This document shows positions 37,346-50,699 of a stretch of DNA of 64,000 nucleotides, piece by piece. A model generated the notes under the pieces. That model worked only from the letters and a program-made list of their open reading frames with translations, ran no database searches and had not been told where the DNA came from. Numbering within the stretch: the first letter of the stretch is position 1; every line of letters starts with the position of its first letter. This DNA comes from Marsupella aquatica (taxonomy: Eukaryota > Plantae > Marchantiophyta): positions 3,248,944 through 3,312,943 of the forward strand of contig OZ316894.1 of the NCBI GenBank assembly GCA_973895155.1. Direction: 5' to 3'. The translations under genes were made by a program, and so were the position numbers.

Positions 37346-40300
37346 ATAGGGGTTAAAAAATATATATTTTTTCGTACATTTTAGGGGGTCCGAGGCCTAA
37401 AAACGTCGCAGGTGATGGGGAGGTCCCTATTTAGTGAGACCCCCGAGCTTCAACAAAGCAATCACTTGATTGCAGAGGGACTTGATGGGAATTGAGTCGA
37501 CGAATCACTTAATGATGAAGACAAAATTGAGTCGATGAAGCACGGACAAATGAAGACAGAGAATTGAGTCGATGAAGAGAGCAGCTGGCAAAGATTTTAG
37601 GAGTCTCCATCTGTTCATACAAAATGCCTTAGGAGAATTGATATGAAATTTTATGTTGTCTGTCTGTGGAAAGCTAAATTGGGAAGAGACTTTGGAATTG
37701 AATGCTGGTTCTGCATAGAGCTCTGAATCGGGGAGAAACTAGGAAGTCAAATGTACTGTAAGGGATTCCTCCGATGCTATCAAAAACTCAAACTAAGCTC
37801 CTTAATTAAAACACCCTAACTATGCAAATAAACAAGTGGGTCCATGGATGAATTACTTCAAGTTAGAGTACAAATATTCAGAAGTGGAATCCCCCACAAT
37901 TAACAGGCAAGGTAAAAATCATGCCAAGGGTGGTGCTGTAGGATTGTGAAGGGGGTTCAAAGTTTGGCCTCTAGTGAACGTCCGCACAAATGTTTTGTAT
38001 GTTGATTGAAATTGTTCTGATAGAACTTCAATCGTTATGCGTTCAACATTTGCACAGTCAACTTACCCATTTGCATGCTTTTATTGTAGGTGACCTGTAA
38101 GTCAAGACTTACGCTTGTCTAAATTCCTTTTTTCTAGCTCAGCTTGTGCATCCAACTCTTCACACTACAAAGGGCATTCAAATTTGACTTAATTAGGTAT
38201 CAACAGGGGTCTAAACATGCCTTTACACTAGCTTACACTCCATCTTACAGGTCTGTAAAGTTGGGTTTCATGGTGTAACCCTTCCTTCCCCCCTATTATT
38301 TCAAACTTTACCCTCTCCACAAACTTACGCACTCTCGCGCGCATCAAGCTTTGTTAGCTATGGCTGCCCTTCAGAAATTATGGAGCTCTTCCACTGATTG
38401 GGTTCCTCTCGATTCAAATACTACTGATGGCCCGCTTGATAAAATGTATTAAGAACTCTACTAAAAAGTCTTTTGATTTGCATTGTTTGTTTCCTCCCTG
38501 TTGGCCTTCCTCATTTCTTGAACTTGAATGCCTCGCTAGTAGATTTGGGAGAGGTGTGACCAATGTCCACACACTTTGTTCTAATTACCAGCTGCGCTTT
38601 CGCTCTCTAATTCAATCTTCTAATAGACCCAAGCATGTTGCTTTGACTTGAACATGGATGCTGCCAAACAGTTCTTGCTAGAGGCTCAATCCTCGTCCAA
38701 TTCTTTCCACCTCCATGACTGAGTGCCCCAAAAGCTTTGCCTCCTGCCTTCACTCCGCTGCGCCCCAAGCTCAATGATATTGTAATCCCGATTGTAATGT
38801 GCCAAGGCTCGGCCTAAGTGATGACCAAATCGGCCAAAGCTCCTTTGATGTTGAAATGTGCAGGTGTGACTGAATTCTGTGATTCACATCGCTGGCCAAT
38901 GGAGTCCGCATTGTGCCCTTCCCAAGGTCTGTTTTTAACCTCTAGCTCGTGGAAGTAGCATTCTTTGAACTTGGAGGAAGGGACCTTCAATGTGTGTTGA
39001 AGACTGGAGATCGAAAGTGGAGACTGGAACATAGCTTGCTTGCTTTGATCGTTCTGAGGTGATCTGATAACATTAATGTGTTGAGCTCTGTGAGAAGTTG
39101 AAGACCTCAAAGTTGACGCCCCAGATTTTCCCAGTGTTCTTATTGTTTTGCAGTTTGAACGATTCCACGGGCAAATTTTGGGGAGATGATGAAAGAAATC
39201 TCTTTCAAGAAGCTTTTTAGTGCCGTTCTAGATATATTGTAGGATTTTGTCTAGCTTTGCGCTATGGAATATCCAGAATGATAGACGTGGTAGGTCCTGG
39301 TGTCAATTTTCAACATTAATTGCTTGAAATTGCCGTTCTAGAGTTTATATATCCTGGTTCAGTGAGGAATCTAGAGTCTCGTTGTTGATGTTAGACAACT
39401 TACACTGCCAATTTGCTCTTCTCCCTGGCGATTCCTACTTGTTTTTTGTAGGTGGCTTATGGTTTGATAAAACAAGATAGGTGCAACCCTATCTCCCTCC
39501 CTTTGATTACAATCTTTGGAAGCATCGATGTCATTGATGGCTTTGGGATCTTCCATTCTGAACCTGCTCAAAATTGTCTTACAAGTGTTGGTTATGGTGA
39601 GGTTATAGGAATCTTTGAAACTTTTTGTTGGCAGCTTTTTGTTGAGTAATTTTTGTTGGCACTTGTCTCAATGATGAGTTTTTCTTGAAACTGCTCACCG
39701 GTAACATCTCCAACAACAGTCTACTTCAGAATCAGATTTTTTTCTTATCCATGCACATTCTAACCCAAGCGGAGGTAAATAATGGATGCTCAGGATCTCC
39801 AAAGCATTCTAGGCTGCCGGTGCATCGAAGATAGAGAAAAGGGGAATGAAGGCTGGCAATGGGAGATATAGAGTGCAGCACAGGCCGTGGAATTGTTTTG
39901 CTGCCGAGTTTTGAGATCCGAACGAAAAGGAGAGGAAAGGGCTGCGGATGTTGCTTCAATTCATTACCAAAAAATCCTGCTTTGCCTTTGATTTGTCAAT
40001 GCATTTACCATGGTATGCAGTTCGGTACTTGCGCCATCTGCAGAATATTATAAAAAATGTGGAGACTCGTTCTTGATGGTATTTAGACCTGGAATGGCTT
40101 CTTTTATTTGGCAGAATGGTTGCCAGGCTGCTGCGACTACAATAGTAGTTGTGTGCAAGAAAAGAGGATGCATGAAAATACTTTCACATTGTAACTGGTC
40201 ACCCATGATTAATTTGAAGCTTTCAGTAGCTGGAAAAATGTATCAAAACTGCAAAGGCATCTAGGTTGGATGAAAATTTTTGTTTGGAAATATACTAATT

Positions 40301-40810
40301 AATACTAGTTCACGGAATCTTTAATGACAGATGCTGAGTGATGTAAATAATGTCCTTTGTACATTAGACTCAAAATGAATGAAAAGTATCTTTCCACAAT
40401 TGCGCGTCTTTGTACAGTAGGTTAACTTGACCGTATGAATATTTGGGGTAGGATGAGACCAGGGCTGGTGCTGTTCATCAAAAGGCCGTTGAATCAGTTT
40501 TAATTTCTGTTTCAAAGTTCAATGGAGGACAGGAAGCACTGTTTGACGATAGGCTTTGTTGCATGTGCATACTTCTAAGTGGAAATCTCTATAATTAGCA
40601 GCAGAAATGAAATGGCTTTCCTGTTTAAGTTGTGCTGTGCTCTATATTTCCTACTTTCAAGAGGAGATGCTTCTGAATTTCTGGAGAGTGAGAGAGATCT
40701 ACACTGTTTAGGGTAATTTGTATCATATTTTATTTAGTCTCCCTGCTTAAATAGTCTCACACACACTAAAAAAAGTGTGACTACAAGTCTCAAAAGAATA
40801 TAAAAGGTAG

Positions 40811-40913
40811 GCCCAGAGAGACATGACTTTGTGGTAGCTCACTTGAATGAGTAGAGACTGATAGGTCTTGGGTTCAACTATTGTGGACTGACTTTTTACA
40901 GATTTCCATTAAA
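40811..40913 (+). mobile_element. Short tRNA-derived SINE (family B), copy 2
   Basis: gcccagagagacatgac..TAGCTCACTTG..GGGTTCAACT; imperfect flanking direct repeat aagaatataaaaggtagg / aagaatagaaaaagtagg. Confidence 0.65.
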
Positions 40914-41657
40914 AAGAATAGAAAAAGTAGGTTCCTGATTAGTCTCACATGGATTAACAAAAAATGACACTAAGAAAAGAACCCCTGTGGATTCTGAGTC
41001 TGAAAATGACAATTCCAGATCATAAGATGATGAATTTGGACATGAGAATATATTCAATCTAGATCTGGAAATGGATTTAGAGACTCGGATGGAAGTAGTA
41101 CAAGCAATGAGTTTTGTCTACTTTTGGTAATTCATTCTAGTTTGATTTTGATTCCATTCAAAATCTATTCATCATGCTTTAGTAAAGTTGAATTTTAATC
41201 GAGATTTTAATTGACCTTTGGTTTTTATTTTATATACAAATCAGTCTTACTACTGGAAAAAATTATATTTTCTATAATTTAAGTTACACACATCAATTCA
41301 GATATCATCATGCACTATTTGTGTCTCACCAAAAATAATCTCACTTACATTAATTTAGACTGACATGTATTTACTCTCACTTCTTATCACATTAATTATG
41401 GGGATATGCTTGAAAAACCTTTGTTCCTAAATATTGTGTGTGAGACTAATTAAGGTAATCAGTGTAACCACTGGTCTATGTTAGACAAACTTACAGTGTC
41501 AAGTCGCGCTCTTATCAGTGTTTTGTAGGTGTCTTTTGGTCTAATAGGACAAGATAGCTGGAACTGCCTTAATAGCTTGCCTTCGGTTACAAGTTTGGAA
41601 GTCATGATGGCATCTTTTGGCTTTGGGATCTTTCATTCTGAGCCTGCACAAAATTAT

Positions 41658-41788
41658 GGGTCTCTGTAACTGCACATCAAAATATGACATATACGATGTA
41701 CGATACCCCTGCATACCGTGATAACCCTACTTTTTTTTCTTTCAATCAATGAATGTAGTCATATTTTGATGTGTGATTATCAGCAGGG
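41658..41788. mobile_element. 131-bp MITE with 9-bp TSD (Mutator-like)
   Basis: TSD CAAAATTAT at 41649-41657 and 41789-41797; perfect internal inverted repeat cacatcaaaatatgac / gtcatattttgatgtg; paralogous empty site near 39569. Confidence 0.88.
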
Positions 41789-42448
41789 CAAAATTATCTT
41801 ACAAGTGTTGGTTGTGGTGAGGTGATAGGAATCTTTGAGCTTTTTGTTTGCAGCTTTTTGTTCAGTGCCTTGTGTTGGCAGCTTTTTGTTTAGTACACAG
41901 GTATTTTTCTAATGGTCTAACGTCCACATATGATTGAATCGATCATTTGTAATATGATTGTCATATTGTTCTACTTTTCTTTTGGAATTCTTACGGCAGA
42001 ATGATGTGGCCTGTGCATAAGATGACGAAGAAAGTTAGAGAAATATTGGGATTGGGAGCTGCTGACAAATGAGTCCAAACACCTTTGGGTGAGTCAGTTT
42101 AGTGTTCAAGATACCTTGTCTTACTAACTTACTAACTATACTGTTTGTTTGAGAATGTTTCATTCAGGCAGTAACCGAATATATTTGTTGACGTATGTTT
42201 AACAGTTCAGGTGAGCAAAGGATGTCACGAAGGCAGGATCCAATGGGTTCTTCAAGAGTATATTTGTGTATTTCTTGGATGCAATGGCTTATACTCCGGA
42301 TATTTTTATATGCCCGGTACTCTCAATATTGTTGTGGATTGACAGGGATATCTTATATGAGTTGTAAATGAGGGCATTTGTAATATCGATGGGGCCAGCC
42401 CAGCTTTTTGAACTTTCAAATATCCAATTCCTTCTCTACTGTGATCAG

Positions 42449-42562
42449 CTGGCAGGTGCTCAGTGTTCTCCATCAGCACATTTGTGGGTGGAACCAGTGA
42501 CGGGTTCTTATCAAGAGGAGGACCAAAATAATTCTTCGAGCCCGGGAAATGTTTGGAATAAG
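42449..42562 (+). pseudogene. Relic exon resembling the N-terminal region of plant extra-large G proteins (XLG)
   Basis: After acceptor gatcag|, the exon translates LAGAQCSPSAHLWVEPVTGSYQEEDQNNSSSPGNVWNK. This resembles the XLG consensus as I recall it (LAGVQC..xHFWV..DGSYQEEGQ.N..G.IW.K). Confidence 0.6.
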
Positions 42563-43649
42563 GCAAGGTTTAAGTCATGTGCTACTTAAGTGATAAACCA
42601 GTGCTGTTTTGTCCTTCTTCACCATTTATATCACTTGGCCGAATTAATATAAGTTATATTCTCCTCTTAATACTGTCTTGTAGTTTGATTCTCAAGTTGG
42701 CATGGCAAAGCTGGGATTAATTCTTGGGGGATTACAGTAATTTGTCGTGCAGGAGAAGAAATATTTGAGAAGATAGTGCAACTGGTATGCTCCAATTATA
42801 TTGTTGAATTGAGCTCATTATATTCGTCTGCCCATGTAAATAATGTTTCCAACAGAGCCTGTCTGGTGAATTCTCATTTCGTTTCATCAACTGAAGCCAG
42901 ACTTCCTAACAATCATCCTAATCTATAATACACTGTTGCGCCTTTTTTTCCAGTGGTCGTCATTCAAAAATGCAGGGCCAACAAAAAAGGTAATCAATAG
43001 ACACAAGGGATAAAACCAAAAACGAATTAAATATAGAATTGACCAAAAGTACAGTAATTTTTTCACACAAAAGGGAATCAAATGGTGGACACAAAAGACA
43101 AAAATGAAACTAACTCAATTGTATGCACGAGTATCAAGGAAAAACTTGATTGTACCATCATAGATACACAAGAAAACAATATTGAGTGCACTATAAGTCA
43201 CTATAATACCATTTACTCTAAATGGTACATTTACAAACTCAAGAAAAAATGGGAACAAATCTTAGCCCTTAGTTGAAAATTTGTTTTTTTTGCAACCGCC
43301 GGATCCATCCATACCCCTATTAATCTCAATTACCTCTGCCCAAGCTACCCAAGCTACCCCTAGCCTACCCCCAAACTTGACAAAGATAACAATTTTATTG
43401 AATATTAATTAAAAGCTAATTATCAAAATTGAGTTTTAAAGAATTGGATATTAGCCTTAAAGTTTTGGTAAAACTTGAGTATAAATAAAATGTATACAAT
43501 ATTAATTTCTCTAAAAAAAATTTAAAACAATTTTTTTTGTATCATTTGGTTGTGCTTGGACTCTATGCTATAGTGACCGTTATCTCGCGTCTCCAATTTG
43601 TATGTGCAAATGCATGAGTTGTTGAACACCACCACAACAACTCTACCTT

Positions 43650-44790
43650 GCCTTGACATCTCTCATCTCGCCTCACATTTACATCTTTCTCTCACCAAGA
43701 CAAATTTTTTCTCACCCTCAATATCTTTTAGGTCCTTGATTTTGTTTCTTTCCTCCATATATTTTCTCATTTGACTCGACATCTTTTAGGTTCTTGATTT
43801 TTGTTTCTCTCCTCCATATATTTTATCATTTGACTTGACATCTTTTCCTCACCTCCACATCTTTTCTCACATTGACATCTTATCTTTTTCTCACCTTACC
43901 ATCTTTCTCTCACCACAACATCTTTCCCTCACCCTCAACATCTTTTCTCTCCTCAACATTTTTTCCTCATCTTTACATGTTTTTCTCACCTCGCCATGTT
44001 TTCTCTCCTTGACATCTTTTTTTCACCTTGACTTCTTTGCCTCACCTCAACATCTCTTTTTCTCATTGAATTGACATTTGTTTTCACCTCAACATCTGAC
44101 CTTTTCCTCACTTTCAAATTTTATCTCACCACAACATCTTTCCCTCATCTCCACATATTTTTCTCACATTGCCATCTTTTCTCTCCTTGACATATTTTTT
44201 GCTTGACTTCTTTTTCTCAGCTCGACATCTCTTTTTCTCATCTATATCTTTGTTCACCTCGACATCTTCTCCTCGCCTCGACATTTTTTTCTCACCTCAA
44301 CATCTTTCCTCTCCCTTGACATCTTTTTCTCACTTCAACTACTTTTTCTCACCACACCATCTTTTGTGCAACTTTTGTCTTAACAACATCATTTTTACTT
44401 AACGACAGCTTTTCTCTTAACAACGTCTTGGGTGCCACAACATCTTTTTTATTAACGACATCTTGGGTGACACAACATCTTTTTTCTAAAGTACATCTTG
44501 GGTGCCACTACATTTTTTCTTAACGACATCTTGGGTGACACGACATCTTTTTTCTTAATGACACCTTGGGCGACACGACATTAGTTTTCACCAGGACATC
44601 TTCGGTGACACGACATTTTCTTTCTCAACAACATCTTGGGTGACACGACATATTTTTTCTTAACGACACCTTGGGCGACATCACACCTTTTTTCCTTAAT
44701 GGCATCTTGGGCAACACAAAAGCTTAACGACATCTTGGGCGACAGTGCATATTTTTTTCTTAATGACATCTTGGGTGACACGACATCTTT
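43650..44790. repeat. Degenerate minisatellite tract: CT-rich ctcacctcaacatc units, then about 33-bp ttaacgacatcttgggtgacacgacatctttt units (44390-44790)
   Basis: Visible periodic gacatc/caacatc cores. Confidence 0.8.
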
Positions 44791-45610
44791 TGTGCAACGC
44801 ACAGGTATTGAGCTAGTTTCACATAATACAGATTGGGTGCAGATGATGTCTCACAACTCCCGTGTGTGATTACAGAACTGCCATTACATCAAATTTTCAC
44901 ATGCATGTCTTGCTATGGTCAATTTCTGGTGAGCTGTGAAATCACTCCTACAGCACATTTGACAAAGTTCAAGGAGCACAAGCTAGTTTGAGGCAAAAAT
45001 AGGATTACTTAAATGGTCAGGATTTCCCTCATACTCTATTGACAGTGTGACCTGAAATGTAAAATTATATGAGATCTAAGAGCTATCATTTTGTTATTGA
45101 GTTCTTTTTATTATGAATGTCATTTGAATTACGTGTGAATTTCACTTCTTCTGTTATTGTTTAGTGATTTCCAATCATTGTGATGTAAACGGGGATGTAA
45201 AGTGCTTGCATTAATATCATTGTTGACACATTGTAGATTCACTTTGAACAGTTACATTGAATGTGTACAAGGTCTCTTTATGAAGTAACCCTAAAACTTG
45301 AAACAGTCCCAATGACATCTGAATTGTTCTATTTGTGTTAAGAAAGGGTCATCGGACAAATCGTAAGTATTAGATGTTAACCTAGCGGAAACCTTACCAA
45401 TTTTACTTCATTAAGTTGCAGAACAGTGTTCCGCAAGAGAAGAATATTTCTACACATAACCAGAAGCATTTGTTCTATTCGTGTTAAGAAAGTGTCATCA
45501 GACGAATGGAAAGTATTAGATATTAAACTAGCAGAAAAAGTTAGACAAGGGAGATGAGGGAACTCGGACTTTGACTCATGTGTGGTGTGATTCACAAAGG
45601 AAAACATGGT

Positions 45611-45899
45611 GCTCGGGGGGTTGACTATCAAAAATCTTAGGAACCACGTGCGATCCAAAATAGGTATTTTTCATAGAAATTAGCTAAATTTTTAAAAAGC
45701 GTAGGAAGCAAAAGAAGGTATTATAGACCCATATTTATAGAATATTCTCTAATATATACCTTTTATAAAGTAAAATAGGTCATTAATATTGGAAATAGAG
45801 AATTTTTTTGGAATATTCCCATTATAAAATATGTGTGTTTATAATAGGTTAGGATCGCACGTTGTACTCCAAAATATACACTAGGTTAACCCCCCGAGC
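45611..45899. mobile_element. MITE with TIR GCTCGGGGGGTT / AACCCCCCGAGC
   Basis: Perfect 12-bp TIR plus inner inverted repeat acgtgcgatcc / ggatcgcacgt; flanking CATGGT duplication at 45605-45610 and 45900-45905. Confidence 0.85.
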
Positions 45900-47140
45900 C
45901 ATGGTGACATAAAAAAATTGGATTCTACCTGGGGCTACTGTTGGTTTGTGAGTTGAGCTTTCCCTAGTGGCAAAAGGCACTGTGATTGTAAGTGTTGATC
46001 AAAGGTTAAGAGTTGGTAATGCCCCTCTGGGGACTAATGGAGCACTCATCAAGATTCAAAAGATTATATTCGAAGATGAGTTGGAGATTCAAGAATATAG
46101 TGTTGGTTCATACGTGGAGTGGGATATATAAATCCTTTCTATTACCTTCACATTTAGAGGAGCCGGAGGCAGTTGAAGTTGTTGGTGATGCAAAAGATAA
46201 TGATCATGCTGATGAGGGGGACAATGAAGATTTCAAAGGAGATGAGGAAGGTGGACAGGAGACAATTGTCGTCCACAAGAATGTCTAGATGCAATTGATG
46301 GTGAAAGTCATTGATGAAGAGAATGTACACTTTTCTATCACTATGGTTAGTGCAATTAATCCAAACACAATACTACAAGGGACCATTCTCGGTGATACAC
46401 GTTGGAATTTTGATTACCAATTTTTTTAACGGAGCGACAGTGCCTTCTGCCACTAGGGAAAGCAGAATCCATTTGAGATATATAGAGATTGCCTTCTTCC
46501 GTGGTTGATCGAGAGACTACTTGCTCCCGGTGGTAAAAGTTTGATACATGTACCATTTTTTTGAATCAGGCAGTGGATCTGAAAGATGCCTCAAACTGTG
46601 GAAAGAGATCCTATGTTACTAAACTTAGATCCAGAAAGAAGCCGAGAAAAGATCTATCCAAGAAGGAGAAGGCTCTCACATTGGAACATATCCAACTCAT
46701 AAATACAACTAATTGTTGTACACCAGGAAATGTTGTCAGTTCTTTGAGCCTCATCTTGCCCTAAAAATCAGGGAAAGATATTTTGCAAAATCCTTTCAAG
46801 ATAATAAGAAGAATAGATCAGGCTGGTGATACAAAATGCACTCAACACAACGGAGGGTGAGAAGATATTGGGGATTGAGGGAGTACATGCATTTGTCTTG
46901 AGGCATGGAAGATACAGGGGAAGATATTACATGCCAAGAAGAAGACCCAATTTGATATTATGAAGAAACATGTTAGGGCAAGATTGAAGATCTCCCAACA
47001 TGGAAAATCAGGGTCCAAAGAAACAAATGAGTTAGAGAGTATCTCAATCATTGATGTCTTTGAGATTGATTTTTGATGAGATTGCAGATAATCATCCAGC
47101 AAAGCTCAGAATAGTGGCCAACAACTCTAGAGTTTTCCCT

Positions 47141-47505
47141 TGTTAAGTTACTCAAGGTCTAGGGTTACGATATGTAACCATAGTTAGGCTAACTGTAGTC
47201 GGAGATGTGGTTAGGTTAACTAGGATGCACACTATATGCCAAGCGGTGTTTGCTTGGATAAGTGGAACTTAGGCTCATTGTTATGGAGCCACTTGAGAGA
47301 TGAGGAGAGCTTACACTGTGGAGACTTGGTATGGCCGACGGGCTTAGAGTTCAGTATTTAAGCTCTCTCACAAACCAACAGTAGCCATACGTACGTCCAC
47401 GGGAACAGTAGCCTCGAGGAGGTGAACCACGTATCTCTTGTGTCGATTACTTGCGCGTTGGATGTGTCATGTGCTTACCGTTATGAGTGTCGTCTATGCT
47501 CAACA
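47141..47505 (+). mobile_element. Solo LTR (365 bp) related to the copia LTRs at 5073 and 11949
   Basis: TGTTAAG...TCAACA; TSD TCCCT at 47136-47140 and 47506-47510; shares gtagcct..ggtgaaccacgta..ttgtgtcga.tac with the copia LTR. Confidence 0.92.
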
Positions 47506-47579
47506 TCCCTAGGGAGTTGCCTACAAGTGATACTTGGGAGACTGTGAGGGAGAGAGTAAAAAGTATATATATTTCACAT

Positions 47580-48770
47580 GGTCCCATACGCGGCCCAATT
47601 GACTTTTCGGCCAAGAACACGCTTAACATAAGCGTCTTTCACAAAGGTATGAGCCATAAGTCCATTGATCGGTTTATTGTAGCCATCAACGACTTGGGAT
47701 AGATGCAACAAGTCTGCAATGGGATGCCAACTGAGCTATTTAATCTATAACCACTGCGCGTTTTCTCTCCAAAACATGTACTCAAATCTTGGTCACTAAC
47801 ATCAGTTATCTTATAAGGATTTTCACCGACATTGGGGAGTCCAAAGGTGACAGCAAAATATGTCGGGTCTCTCTAGAATTCAGCAGGATCCCAATCCTGC
47901 GCACTCTTCTCACTCTTCCGACTTGACACGCGGGGTTCTACTGAAACAGCAGGTGTGGCACCCCCAACAACTACAGGTACATCTCTAACCTGCAGTGCCT
48001 CTACACGGTCTATTGCATAATTAGCGACATCTTTTGAAAGTACAACACCCATCGTAACTTAGTGGGATTTGGGCTAATCAAATGTGATGCGCAATGGGAT
48101 GAAAAATTTCTGAGAGTGGTTTGGTGGAGCTGGTGCGCCTCCCTCCAAATGCGGGATTCAAAATCATCTAAGTGTTTGGAAAGAATGACAAGAGAATCCA
48201 AAAGTGACCAAGTGAGAGCAGTTCGCGCGCATTGACCTTCAAAAGGGCCCAAAAGAGACAAACAAATTAAATGTGGCTTAGCCAACAGGCACCAAGTACC
48301 CCCGCACCAAGTACCCCCACCACGCCGGGAAAGCCATGTCAAAGGATGTGACTCCTGTGAAGGACATCACGCGAAAGCAACAAGTTGGCCCCACACCTTG
48401 TGAGGTGGCCTTTCATAAATTGAAAGTCGCGTTCAAAATTCAAAATGGGAGAAGGATGCTTGTCTCAAACTAGATCCTGTTCACATGGGCACGCAAATGA
48501 CGGCTTAAGCTCATAATGGCTACCCTTGAGTCACGCATTAGTGATGGAATAATGATTATTGAAAAGTCCTTAGTCACTTCAAGATTGTGTAATCCTGGCC
48601 ACACATGAGCCTTGGAAGTCCTTGGACATGAAGTCATTTTGCCTAGTCCTTGGGGCCTCCTTTGGTACCCCTCTAGCTTGCTTTTGACTAAATATACAAC
48701 TTTTATATATATCAAACCAAGGTACACTTCTTTAGTCCCATAGATTCTACTATTTTGTTTGATACCAAAT
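47580..48770 (-). mobile_element. Possible decayed LTR-retroelement internal fragment
   Basis: Minus-strand TGGTATCA (PBS-like) at about 48760-48767, followed by broken coding-like frames; no diagnostic domain recognised. Confidence 0.3.
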
Positions 48771-50699
48771 AATTTTGAATAGAAAAATGTATCTCCAAGG
48801 AAGAGTTTATTTTACCGTTGACATTTCAATGGAATGTTGAAACGGTGTTCCGCAGTTTTTTTCCGTGTATTTCTGAAATGCGACTTGTGCGTTTTAGAGA
48901 TTGAATATTCTAACATGCTTTGTTTGTTGATTATGTAGGCGATTCAACTTTGCGGTCACGACCTGACTTCGACAGACCTCTCCCACAGACTTTAAAACTA
49001 CAGCTTGACAATGCCCCAAGCGATAACTAAAACTGTTTTTTCATGGCTTATTTGTCACTTTTAATGGCAAACCAAGTTTTTGAGGAGGTTCAACTTGGGT
49101 TTCTTATGGTTGGTCATACACATGAAGATGTTGATACAATGTTTGGGAATTTATCAGAATCTTTGATGCATCATCCAACTTGGACATTACCAGATTTGAT
49201 GACCTTGTTCATAAAGACGAGGACACCATTCAAGTCCCCTTCCGCATGTTGTTCAAGAGGTACCAGCCTTTAAATCGTATGTTGAGCCATTTCTTTTGTT
49301 AGGGCCTGATTCATTAGTTGGACACGGAAAACCTCATCTTTTCCGTTTCTATGTTAGACACGATGGCATGCCATGCTTTCAATATCAGCTAAAGTGAAAT
49401 GATGATGTACCTTGGCTGCCCAATGATGGCATTGAAATGTGGTCATGGACAAAAAATGGCTGTCCAAACCTTCCAACTGGAGTGCCAAAGAGACTACCTA
49501 TGACCAAGATAAAAATGTTGGCTGATGTGCAACAAGGGATACAAAGCATTTGAAGTGCTTCCAATTGATTAGAGATAAAAGTGCTACAGGTCAACTGCAA
49601 GATTGAGGGGTACCAAAGGAGCCTGTCTGAACTGAGTAAACCACTTTAAAGGACTGATGAAAATGACTGAAAATGTCATTAAATGGGGTTGATTGAATAC
49701 CCTCCCAAAAGGTTGGACACACGTACTTCCACAAGGTCGGGGGCAGTTACGTTCCAACAATGTTGTGCACACTTCCAAAGACTTGGCATGCAAGATCTAA
49801 CCATAAATTTTTTTCCAAACAATCCTAACCATTCCATGTCACATTTTGGTCATTATTGAATATTCTTGGAATATGGACAAGGGATATGTCCTTTTTGTGG
49901 AGAAAATGAGAGACTTAAATTCAGTACCTATCAATCTTGCTTTTGACCTAAGATGATTTGAAAGAATCTTGAGATGTCTCATCAAATATTGGAATAGTGT
50001 GCTAGCAACGTTCGCTGGAAACAGAGGTTGTGCAATATCTGGTTGAAAATGGACCAGAATGGAAAGGTGGATTTTGGCCAAGGACAAATTGGGGAGACAA
50101 TGTTTCAAAAGCATTCCGGAATTTTGTTGTGCCATATGAACTAGATGCAAAAGAAGACTAAGTTGGACCAGTGAAGAACAAGCCTCATGAAGCCTTTCAG
50201 CGAAGGGTAGATATTGTGAAGGGATAGTTTGTCTCTTATAAATGTATTTTTTTATAATGATGCAAAGACTAGACTAATTAAGGACCAATGATGGTCTATC
50301 ATTCTCCTTATTGTGTCAAGAGATGTATTTTAAGAATGAAACTCTTATGGATGGTGATTTGTGTTGCAAAGGACTCGACTAGACTTAATTAGAGTTAATA
50401 TTAATTAATTAATTCCGTTAAAGATATTTAGGAGACACTGGAGCCTGGTATTGTCAAAATGGAGATTTTGGTGTGTTCCTAGGTCTCAGTAATTTTTTTC
50501 AAGGATCAGACACATAGACCAAATTTTGATCCACACAACACCTTAAACTGCCCCTAGCCATGTAAGGGGGAAGTGTCCAAGAGTTCTCACTTTTTCACTT
50601 TCCTCTCATGAATCATCTCATGTAGTTTGCTATGAAGAACCAAAAACACACTTAAAGGTCTTCAAACTCGGTATTCGTTCTCGTAAAGAACAAGATGGG

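Larger units (their letters stand above)
46560..50230 (+). pseudogene. Highly decayed DDE transposase of the Sola-like / DUF7869 type, interrupted by later insertions
   Basis: 48990-49160 translates LKLQLDNAPSDN*NCFFMAYLSLL...FEEVQLGFLMVGHTHEDVDTMF (DN..NKN / GHTHED.D signature). Outer boundaries are approximate. Confidence 0.7.

Noticed and set aside
37155-37895. Possible complete Mutator-like element (GGGGATTTCACTT ... AAGTGGAATCCCC)
   Set aside because: The terminal match is short and there is no convincing TSD, so only the dispersed-repeat part is reported.
44390-44790. Repeats of about 33 bp resembling a CRISPR array
   Set aside because: Units are head-to-tail and degenerate with no unique spacers; no cas genes; eukaryotic context.
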